A DNA stretch of 64,000 nt, from positions 9,074-73,073 of the forward strand of contig CAIMUX010000086.1 of NCBI GenBank assembly GCA_903844735.1. Direction: 5' to 3'. Position numbers and translations under genes: made by a program. The notes under the pieces were generated by a model. The model searched no databases. It was not told the origin of the DNA and was given only the letters and a program-made list of their open reading frames with translations. Shown here piece by piece: positions 8,360 to 15,566 of the stretch. Each line of letters opens with the position of its first letter. Position 1 is the first letter of the stretch. This stretch comes from Candidatus Eiseniibacteriota bacterium (GTDB taxonomy: Bacteria; Eisenbacteria; RBG-16-71-46; CAIMUX01).

Positions 8360-8785
8360 ATGAGCGGGACTGATTCGATCCAGGACGTGACCTGCGAACG
8401 CTGCGAGGGGGCCTTCGACCGCGCCGAGTCCCTTCTGGATGAGGGCAGGCTGGAAGAGGCTATGCGCGTGCTTCAGGGGAACGAGGCCGGGCTTCGGCGG
8501 CTGGCTCAGACGGCGATAGTGGCGGCGCAGTCCAGGGAGGAACGCCGCCTTGTATCGCCCGTGGGCCGGTATGCGGCGGTTGCCGTTCCGCAAGGCGCGG
8601 GCTACCCTGGGGTGAGTGTCGGGTCGGCTCGGCTGTCGGTGCTTCTGGGCCGTACAGGCCGTCTGCTCAGCCGCTGCGAGGCGATGCGGGACGAGCACGT
8701 GGAGGAGCTCCGGTTGCTTCAGGTTAGCCGCCGCTTCCAGTCCGGTCCGTCGGTTGCCGGCACCTGGTTCAGCCGGGAGGCCTGA
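8360..8785 (+). CDS. Hypothetical protein at the position normally occupied by fliT (after fliD)
   Basis: 141-aa ORF. N-terminal CxxC ('CERCEG') followed by a helical Ala/Arg-rich region. No recognisable family. Calling it a CDS rests mainly on synteny and the lack of alternatives. Confidence 0.3.
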   Translation: MSGTDSIQDVTCERCEGAFDRAESLLDEGRLEEAMRVLQGNEAGLRRLAQTAIVAAQSREERRLVSPVGRYAAVAVPQGAGYPGVSVGSARLSVLLGRTGRLLSRCEAMRDEHVEELRLLQVSRRFQSGPSVAGTWFSREA

Positions 8786-8838
8786 TGTCTACGTCCCGGC
8801 GCCAGGATGACGCCGGCGGGAAGGAGCAGGAGGATACC

Positions 8839-9318
8839 ATGGCGGTCGAAAACGTGGGACGTGGCAACATCGTCCCGATCGAGACACTCCGGCTCAACCG
8901 CTTGGCGCGGGAACGGGACGAGACGGCGGCTGTGCGCACGAACCGTGCCGAAGCGGTGGACGGGGTGAACCCCGTGAACGGGGACGTGACGGAGGCCCAA
9001 CGCGCGGCTGGGGCCCGACGTGCGGCGGAGGCCCGCCCACGCTCCGCAGAGGACCGGGCGCGGCTCGTCGACCGATTCAAATCGGAGACCGCTGACTTGC
9101 CCGAGGTCCGGCGGGACAAGGTGATCGAGGCCAAAGTTCGGATCTCGACCGGTTACTACAACAACGACGAGGTCCGTCGCCAGGTGCTGCGCTCGGTTCT
9201 GGCGAATCTCCTGCCACCCTCATCGTCGGCCCGCCCTCTGCCTGAGGTGCCACCCGAGGCCCCGGGCGAGGCCGCCGTCAAGGGCGGGTCCGCGCCGGCC
9301 CCGTCGAACGAAACGTAA
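8839..9318 (+). CDS. flgM: Anti-sigma-28 factor FlgM
   Basis: C-terminal 'RRDKVIEAKVRISTGYYNNDEVRRQVLRSVLANL' matches the conserved FlgM C-terminal sigma-28-binding region (VxxxKxxIxxGxYxxDxxKxAxxLL). ATG 8839 is preceded by AAGGAGCAGGAGG. ORF 8785..9318 offers an earlier in-frame start. Confidence 0.6.
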   Translation: MAVENVGRGNIVPIETLRLNRLARERDETAAVRTNRAEAVDGVNPVNGDVTEAQRAAGARRAAEARPRSAEDRARLVDRFKSETADLPEVRRDKVIEAKVRISTGYYNNDEVRRQVLRSVLANLLPPSSSARPLPEVPPEAPGEAAVKGGSAPAPSNET

Positions 9319-9382
9319 CGACGCGCATCCCTGCCGGGCGCTCCGGCGGTACGGGTGGCCGCGAACGGGGATAAAGGCGCGC

Positions 9383-10291
9383 ATGGACCGCGACACGAAG
9401 CACGATCAGCCGGGAGACCCGGGCCAAGCCTCTCTGGTTCGGGCGGGGGGCACCCGCGGAAACCCGCCCTGGGGGGAGGCCACGCCGACCCTGCGGCCGG
9501 AGCCCGGGATGCGTGTGCGGATTCTCATCCCGATCGATGACAGCGATGGCGTTGCCGCCCGCGTCGTCGAGGTCAAGGACGACCGGGTGCTGCTCCGGGT
9601 GTCCCGAGGCACGGATTCCCAAGGGCGGGCCCTTGTCTCCGGCGGCCGGGTGCAACTGCTCCTCGGCGGGCGAGACGCGGCCCATCTCTTCGATGCCACC
9701 GTCCTCTCCCGCCCCGAAGATGGATTCATCGCGATCCTCCTCCGTGGGCACCCTTTGCGGTTGCAACGCCGGGACTACTTCCGGCTGGCGGTGCGCCTCC
9801 CGATCGCGGTCTGCCTTCCGATCCCAGTGCACCAGGACAGGGAGGACGCGATCGGGGAGTCCGGAACAGGGGATCGGGAGTCCGACAAGGATGATGAGGA
9901 CGATGAGCCGATGTTGTCCGGGTCCATGCCCGGCTCGGCCGGCGGGTCGGCGCAGGAGACCGAGATCGCCGAGGCTGTCAGTGTCATGGAACCATCCCCG
10001 ATGGCCCCTGAGATCCGGATTTTCCGCCTCGCCGACCTGAGCGGCGGCGGTTGTCTTTGCCTAGATCCCGAGGATCTGCTGAGGCCCGGCAGCGTCTACG
10101 GGGCCAGTCTGGATCTCCATGATGACGAGCCGGCCCTTCACGTAAGTGTCGAGGTCGTTCGGCGCGGGATTTCCCTCGGGTATCCCTCCGCCGGCCTCCG
10201 CTTCGTTACCCTCGCGGGGAAGCACCGCGAGCGGATTATGCGGACCCTCTTTCGCGAACATCACCGGCGGGTAGCCACCGGCCGGATCTAG
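9383..10291 (+). CDS. YcgR/MotI-like PilZ-domain protein (c-di-GMP flagellar brake candidate) with an acidic insertion
   Basis: PilZ motifs 'QRRDYFRLAV' (RxxxR) and 'DLSGGGCLCL' (DxSxGG) are present. N-terminal 'MRVRILIPIDD...VLLRVS' resembles the PilZN/YcgR N-domain. A roughly 60-aa Asp/Glu-rich insert separates the two motifs. An alternative start at ATG 9509 has a better RBS. Confidence 0.6.
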   Translation: MDRDTKHDQPGDPGQASLVRAGGTRGNPPWGEATPTLRPEPGMRVRILIPIDDSDGVAARVVEVKDDRVLLRVSRGTDSQGRALVSGGRVQLLLGGRDAAHLFDATVLSRPEDGFIAILLRGHPLRLQRRDYFRLAVRLPIAVCLPIPVHQDREDAIGESGTGDRESDKDDEDDEPMLSGSMPGSAGGSAQETEIAEAVSVMEPSPMAPEIRIFRLADLSGGGCLCLDPEDLLRPGSVYGASLDLHDDEPALHVSVEVVRRGISLGYPSAGLRFVTLAGKHRERIMRTLFREHHRRVATGRI

Positions 10292-10540
10292 GCCACGGGT
10301 CGCCAATCCGGACGCCTTCCATCGTCGTCCTCTGGCATGGCCGTGGCGCTATCCGGCCGATCTTTTCCGTGTCATCCTCCGGTATCACTGAGCTTCGGAG
10401 CAGGGAACGAGTACGACCGGCGTCAGGCTTCGGGCCTTAGGCCTCGGGCCGGAGGGCGTCGAACAGTCTCTGGAAGCCGTGAGTCAGCTTGCCGTACCGG
10501 GCCACGAGCGCGGCGTGGTCCTCCGCGCTCACGGTCCGCC

Positions 10541-10570
10541 CTCCCGAAGCCCGAAGCCTCCGAATCTCAG
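10541..10570. repeat. Copy B of the CCGAA-rich / CTCCGAATCTCAG motif
   Basis: 'ctcccgaagcccgaagcctccgaatctcag' lies 45-120 nt upstream of the sensor kinase gene. Confidence 0.5.
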
Positions 10571-10614
10571 AGTGTCATGCCGAGCTTGCGGCTTTCCGCG
10601 GGTTCGGCTAAGAT

Positions 10615-12318
10615 TTGGCCGGCGCCAAGGAAGCGGTGCACCCGGGTGGTCCGGGCTGCGGTCATGGAAGGCCGACCGCTTTGGCGCAGATGGAACCCGC
10701 TATGGATGCCACGGAGCCTCGTCCTCGCCACGGGGAGGACGCCGTCGTATGCCCGGACCCGCTCGCGCGCGAGATCTTTGCGCGGATCCTTGGGACGGTC
10801 GCTGCCTGTCTCTATGCCCGCTTTCCCGACGGCTCCCTGCACCCGGTCCATGCCTCCGGCCTGGAACTCGAACCTCGTGGGGCCTGGACTCACGAACTGA
10901 AATCGGCCGCCCCCTGGGGGGCGGCGCCACCCGGCGCGGTGACGGCGCTGGCCGCGTTGCCGCGCCGCGCCGGCTTGCCTGATCCCGATTCGTCGCTGTG
11001 GCTGCGCCCCCTCCGTTGCGGCCGCGACATCGCCGGCGGATTGCTCCTGCGCGTCGCGGGACGAACCGTTCCCGCGGCCCTCCGCCGACGGCTCGATGAT
11101 CCGGTGCATCTGGGTACCCTGACCGCACTCATCGAGTGGAGTCGTGCCGGGATCGAGCTCGAAGCGCTCCGGGGCTTTCGCGAGGCCGTGTCCTCGGCGC
11201 TTCCGTACGGCGTGCTGGTCGTGGACGGGCTCGGTCGCGTCACATGGACTGGAGGCCGTGCCACCGCGATTCTCGGCGTGAGTGCGGAAGAGGCGGCGGG
11301 CAGCGACTGCGCGCGGATCTTCCGGCCGGTGGGCCTGGAGCTGCACCCGATCCTGGAAGGACTGCGCGGGAGGGTTCACTCCGGCGAGATCGTCCTGGCT
11401 CGTGCCGACGGTGAGGAACTGCCGGTTTCGCTGGAAATGGCGCGGCTGCCCGGGCGAGGCGGGCGTAGTCACGGGTTGGTGGTGCTCTTTGCGGATCTGT
11501 CGGAGGAGCGTGTCTTGGAGGAGACCGCGCGGCAGCGCGACCGCCTGGCCGCGCTCGGCGAATTGTCTGCCGGGGTGGCTCACGAGATCCGCAACCCTCT
11601 GACCGGAATCGCCAACTGCGCGCAAGTCCTGCGGGAAGGGATGGAAGAGGAGGACCCTCGCCATCGCTTTCTTCGCATCATCCTCGACGAGACGGCGCGA
11701 CTGAACCGCATCGTGGAGGGGCTTCTTTGCTACGCCCGGCCGAACCGTCCCGACCTGCGCGACACCGTCATGGAGGAGCTCGTGCGTCACGCCATCGACC
11801 TCGTGCGGTCCGGGCTGGAGGCAAACGGGATTCGCGTCGGCTACAAGCTGGGTGGGCGGATCCCGCGGATCTTCGTGGATCCCGCGCAGGTCGAGCAGGT
11901 GCTGCTCAACCTGCTGCGCAACGCCGAGGAGGCGATGCCCTCCGGAGGCGAAATCGTGGTTGCGATCTCGGTGGTGCGGCGGCGACCCCATCGGCGGCGC
12001 GGCCTGGGGCGGCGGGCCGATGACCGGATGCGGGTGCGACCGCGCGATGACGGCCCGCTGGTGCGATTCGTCTCGGTTCGCGTGGCCGACACCGGACCCG
12101 GCATCCCGCGCGAACTTCTCCCGCGGATCTTCAATCCTTTCTATAGCACGCGGAGCAAGGGAACCGGGCTGGGACTTTCCCTTTCGCAATCGATCGTGCG
12201 AGAGCACGGGGGATTCCTCACGGCCCGCTCGGTGGTAGGCAAAGGAACCGTCTTCCATCTGGATCTACCGGTGGAGAGGAGGCAAGGTGAGCGACGGCAG
12301 GACCAGCGACGCGCTTGA
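10615..12318 (+). CDS. Sensor histidine kinase (PAS/GAF-like N-terminus, HisKA, HATPase), FleS/FlrB/NtrB-type
   Basis: H-box 'LSAGVAHEIRNPLTGI', N-box 'LLNLLRNAEEAM', G-boxes 'VADTGPGIP...GTGLGLSLS'. The start is ambiguous (ATG 10690 is an alternative). Confidence 0.8.
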   Translation: MAGAKEAVHPGGPGCGHGRPTALAQMEPAMDATEPRPRHGEDAVVCPDPLAREIFARILGTVAACLYARFPDGSLHPVHASGLELEPRGAWTHELKSAAPWGAAPPGAVTALAALPRRAGLPDPDSSLWLRPLRCGRDIAGGLLLRVAGRTVPAALRRRLDDPVHLGTLTALIEWSRAGIELEALRGFREAVSSALPYGVLVVDGLGRVTWTGGRATAILGVSAEEAAGSDCARIFRPVGLELHPILEGLRGRVHSGEIVLARADGEELPVSLEMARLPGRGGRSHGLVVLFADLSEERVLEETARQRDRLAALGELSAGVAHEIRNPLTGIANCAQVLREGMEEEDPRHRFLRIILDETARLNRIVEGLLCYARPNRPDLRDTVMEELVRHAIDLVRSGLEANGIRVGYKLGGRIPRIFVDPAQVEQVLLNLLRNAEEAMPSGGEIVVAISVVRRRPHRRRGLGRRADDRMRVRPRDDGPLVRFVSVRVADTGPGIPRELLPRIFNPFYSTRSKGTGLGLSLSQSIVREHGGFLTARSVVGKGTVFHLDLPVERRQGERRQDQRRA

Positions 12319-13711
12319 GTACACGCTCATGGTGGTGGACGACGAAGAGTCGATCCGCATCACCCTGGGCGAGGCGCTGTCCAACGAGCGGACCACCGTG
12401 CATACGGCGGGGACCGGTGGCGGCGCCCTCGAAATTCTGGAGCGCGAGCCGGTCGATCTCGTCCTTCTCGATCAGAACTTGAAAGTGTCGGGGGAGAACG
12501 GCATCGAGGTTCTGCGCGAGATTCGGCGTCGTTTCCCCGACACACTGGTCATCATGATGACGGCGTACGGGCGGATCGAAGCAGCGGTGGAGGCGACCAA
12601 GCTGGGCTGCTTCCAGTACATCACCAAGCCACTGGAGATCCCCCAACTACGGCTGCTCATCAAGAGTGCCCTGGCCACCGTCGAGCTACGCAAGGAGGTC
12701 GAGGTCCTGCGCAGCCAGCAGGAACGTGAGTTTGACGGGGAGCGCATCTTCGGCAGCAGTGAGAAGATGAAGGACCTCCTCGATAACGTGAAGAAGATCG
12801 CCCGCAGCGGCACCTCGACCATTCTGATCCGCGGCGACACCGGCGTAGGAAAGGACCTTATCGCCCGGGTCATTCACCAGACCAGCTCCGCCGGCAAGGG
12901 GCCGTTCGTAGTGCTGAATTGCTCGGCGGTGCCGGATAATCTGCTGGAGAGCGAACTCTTCGGCCACGAGCAGGGGGCTTTCACCGATGCGCGTCGCCAC
13001 AAGCGCGGGCTGCTCGAGATGGCCGACCGCGGCACGCTGTTTCTCGACGAGATCGGGGAGATGCCGGCGGGGCTGCAGTCCAAGCTCCTGCGCGTCCTCG
13101 AAACCAAGACGTTCCGCCGACTGGGCTCCACCACCGACATCCGGGTCAATGTTCGCTTCATCGCCGCCACCAACAAGGATCTCTTCCAGGAGGTGGAGGC
13201 GCGCCGCTTTCGAGAGGATCTCTACTACCGCCTCTCGGTGATTCCGGTCTATGTACCGCCGCTGCGCGAGCGGCGCGAGGATATCGGACTCCTCGTGCGG
13301 TATTTCCTCGATCGCTACAACCTGGAGCTGGGGGGGCGCCTGGCCCGTGTGGCGGATACGGCGATGGAGATGCTGGCCGACTACCGCTGGCCGGGAAATG
13401 TCCGCGAATTGCGCAACGTGGTGGAGCGGCTGGTGCTCATGCACCCGGGGCCGGAGGTGCTGCCGGAGGATCTTCCGGAGCAGGTACGGCTGGGAACCGT
13501 CGCGCTCCGTCCGGATGAGGAGAGCGAGGAGGTCGTCATCCGCAGCGAACGGGTGGTTCCTCTGGCGGAACTGGAAAAGGCCGGTATTCGCGACGCCTTG
13601 GCCAAACTCCAAGGGAACAAGACCCGTGCGGCCGAGCTTCTCGGGATCAGCCGTCAGACGCTCCGCACGAAGGTGCGGGAGTACGGGATCGAGTCCATCG
13701 ATACGGAGTGA
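12287..13711 (+). CDS. Sigma-54-dependent response regulator (REC + AAA+ sigma-54 activator + Fis-type HTH), FleR/FlrC-like
   Basis: 'MVVDDEESIR' receiver, Walker A 'GDTGVGKDLIARVIH', GAFTGA 'GAFTDA', 'ESELFGHEQGAFTDA', C-terminal HTH 'LLGISRQTLRTKVREYGI'. GTG start overlaps the kinase stop. Confidence 0.85.
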   Translation: MSDGRTSDALEYTLMVVDDEESIRITLGEALSNERTTVHTAGTGGGALEILEREPVDLVLLDQNLKVSGENGIEVLREIRRRFPDTLVIMMTAYGRIEAAVEATKLGCFQYITKPLEIPQLRLLIKSALATVELRKEVEVLRSQQEREFDGERIFGSSEKMKDLLDNVKKIARSGTSTILIRGDTGVGKDLIARVIHQTSSAGKGPFVVLNCSAVPDNLLESELFGHEQGAFTDARRHKRGLLEMADRGTLFLDEIGEMPAGLQSKLLRVLETKTFRRLGSTTDIRVNVRFIAATNKDLFQEVEARRFREDLYYRLSVIPVYVPPLRERREDIGLLVRYFLDRYNLELGGRLARVADTAMEMLADYRWPGNVRELRNVVERLVLMHPGPEVLPEDLPEQVRLGTVALRPDEESEEVVIRSERVVPLAELEKAGIRDALAKLQGNKTRAAELLGISRQTLRTKVREYGIESIDTE

Positions 13712-13930
13712 GCGGGGCGCCCTCGGTGGCCAGAGACTGACCAGTCGACCCGGCTAACTGTCCGAGCCGTGACCACCTGCGTGTTCGCGAGAGTACCTTG
13801 CGTCGTCCGCCCCACTGCGGGCCAACATTGCCCGCCAGCGGCAATTCTTTCCCCCTCCGCGAGTTGAGCGGAAGCCCGGATCTGGGATGCCACAACATCT
13901 AAGCCGGCGCAAGAGTTGGCATCGTCCTTG

Positions 13931-14320
13931 ATGCGGAAGCTCGGCGGCCGCGTCGGCCGCTGGAGGTGCCACATGCTCTCGGTAGCCAGCTTTTTCCAGG
14001 GAACCGCTTCGGGTACCGCCCGGCCCGCCCGGCGAAGCCTCGCCGCGCGCGAGGAAGAGCGCCGCCGCCTCAGCGCGGCGATACAAGAGCTCTCCGAAAC
14101 TTCGCGCGTCGCCCTCGCCCTGCGGTACTTCGAGTCGGCCCGGCCCCGGCAGATCGCGATCGTGCTGGGTATTTCGGAGGAGCGGATAGAGGCGATCCTC
14201 GTGGACGCGGTTCGGAACGTGGCGGAGATTCTGCGCCGGCCGGAGGTCGTGACGCCGGCGGCGTCCGGTCCGCGACCGCGCGCGCGCCGGACCTCGGCTC
14301 GGAATGTAGGCCGGTCGTGA
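13931..14320 (+). CDS. Orphan sigma-70 region-4 (HTH) domain mini-protein with no region 2
   Basis: 'LSETSRVALALRYFESARPRQIAIVLGISEERIEAILVDAVRNVAEIL' matches sigma-70 region 4.2. All three upstream frames hit stops within 260 nt, so there is no room for region 2. 129 aa from ATG 13931. Confidence 0.4.
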   Translation: MRKLGGRVGRWRCHMLSVASFFQGTASGTARPARRSLAAREEERRRLSAAIQELSETSRVALALRYFESARPRQIAIVLGISEERIEAILVDAVRNVAEILRRPEVVTPAASGPRPRARRTSARNVGRS

Positions 14321-14334
14321 GGACCATTCCCGGC

Positions 14335-15411
14335 ATGCGGATCCTGGCCGGGTCGACGCTGGCCGCGACCGTTCCCGTCGCCGCTCGAAGGATCGGCATC
14401 CCGTTCCTGGCTGCCGTGGAAAGCGTCCCGCTGGTGGAGGAGATCCGGCGGTTGCTTGCCGCATTGCTCGGCGATGTCGAGGTGGAGGTGGTCCCGCAGG
14501 AAGGGCCCCTAGCGTTGAACCGGCTTCGCGGGGCTCGGTCACGCCTGGTCTTTCTGCCGATGGATCTGCGGCTGATGGAAGGGCTGACGCTCTTGCGGGC
14601 CTTGCCCCCGGCGCGGGCCCGCCAGGTGGTCCTGCTCGTTCCTGACACGGTGGAGGGATATCGGGTGGCGTGGGAGGCGCTGTGCCTGGGCGCACGCGAC
14701 TTCATGGTCACCCGGGGTGCGCCTCCGCAAAGGCTGAAGGGCGGGACCGCTGCGCGGCTGCGCCAGTTGGCCCATCTGATCAGCGCGGATGATGAGTCCC
14801 CGGCAGCGGAGTCTCTCACCTGGCCCAACTCGCCGTCGCGGCCGGCATCGTGTCTCGAGACTGGGGCTGAGGAACCGACCCGCCCCGGCGCGTCGGCCCT
14901 CGACCAGGCCGCGCCCTGGTTGCTGTTGCCGGAATCGCGGCACCTGGCCGGGCTGGCGGCATGGCTGCGGGTGCTGCCGCTAGGCGTTTCCGCGGTGGTG
15001 CGCGTGCCCGAAGGGGTCCGGTTTCTGCGGGTCGTGCGCGAGGGACTGGGACGTCTGGTCCAGCGACCGGTGCGCGAGCTGTCGGACGGGGACCGACTCG
15101 TGCCGGGGCATGTTCACCTATGGACCGACCTGGAGGTGCTCCGGGTCTGCGGCGAGGAATCATTCGTCCGCGCGCGGCTGTCTCCTTTGGCGGAGGCACC
15201 GGGGTCCTGGGGTGCACGGCGCGAGGTTCTCACCGCGCTGCTCACATCGCCGGTGTCGCTGCGACTCGCGCTGCCGGACGCCGATCTCGCGGAAGAAGAG
15301 GATCTCCTTGCCGGAGCCCGGCGGCACTCGGTTTTCCGGCTTGAGCCCGGTCCCGGGCCGGCGGGAGCCGCCCGCGAACCGGTCGAGGTTCTTGGGGGCA
15401 GAGCCCCCTAG
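14335..15411 (+). CDS. Degenerate CheB-like protein (receiver-like N-domain + methylesterase-like C-domain missing catalytic residues)
   Basis: N-terminal 'SRLVFLPMDLRLMEGLTLLRAL...VVLLVPDTVEGYRVAWEALCLGARDFMVTRG' resembles a CheY/CheB receiver. C-terminal 'LLLPESRHLAGLAAWLRVLP...VRELSDGDRLVPGHVHLW' parallels the CheB 'GASTGG...vqHmp...eaxdGexlxpGxvyiAP' layout, but the Ser/His positions are substituted. Weak, by-eye call. Confidence 0.35.
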   Translation: MRILAGSTLAATVPVAARRIGIPFLAAVESVPLVEEIRRLLAALLGDVEVEVVPQEGPLALNRLRGARSRLVFLPMDLRLMEGLTLLRALPPARARQVVLLVPDTVEGYRVAWEALCLGARDFMVTRGAPPQRLKGGTAARLRQLAHLISADDESPAAESLTWPNSPSRPASCLETGAEEPTRPGASALDQAAPWLLLPESRHLAGLAAWLRVLPLGVSAVVRVPEGVRFLRVVREGLGRLVQRPVRELSDGDRLVPGHVHLWTDLEVLRVCGEESFVRARLSPLAEAPGSWGARREVLTALLTSPVSLRLALPDADLAEEEDLLAGARRHSVFRLEPGPGPAGAAREPVEVLGGRAP

Positions 15412-15566
15412 CGGCGCAAAGCGTCCTGCGGGGGAGCGGTCCACCCATCGGAAAGCGCGGCCCTCCGTTCGGAAGGCACAGCCTCCGTTCGGGGGACAAG
15501 CGAGCGGCGGAAAGGAACCGTCGCGGCGTGAGGCGGCCTGAGCACAGAGGAGCGGGGGCGAGGACG

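Noticed and set aside
9372-9399. Sigma-28-like TAAAG-N15-GACACGAA near the PilZ gene start
   Set aside because: Only 4/8 match to the -10 consensus, and it would overlap the annotated start codon at 9383. Only plausible if the gene starts at 9509. Too weak to call.
13916-13934. Sigma-54-like element TTGGCAT-cgtcc-TTGAT upstream of the region-4 mini-protein
   Set aside because: The -12 GC dinucleotide is replaced by GA (GG-N10-GA), so it does not satisfy the essential GG-N10-GC spacing.
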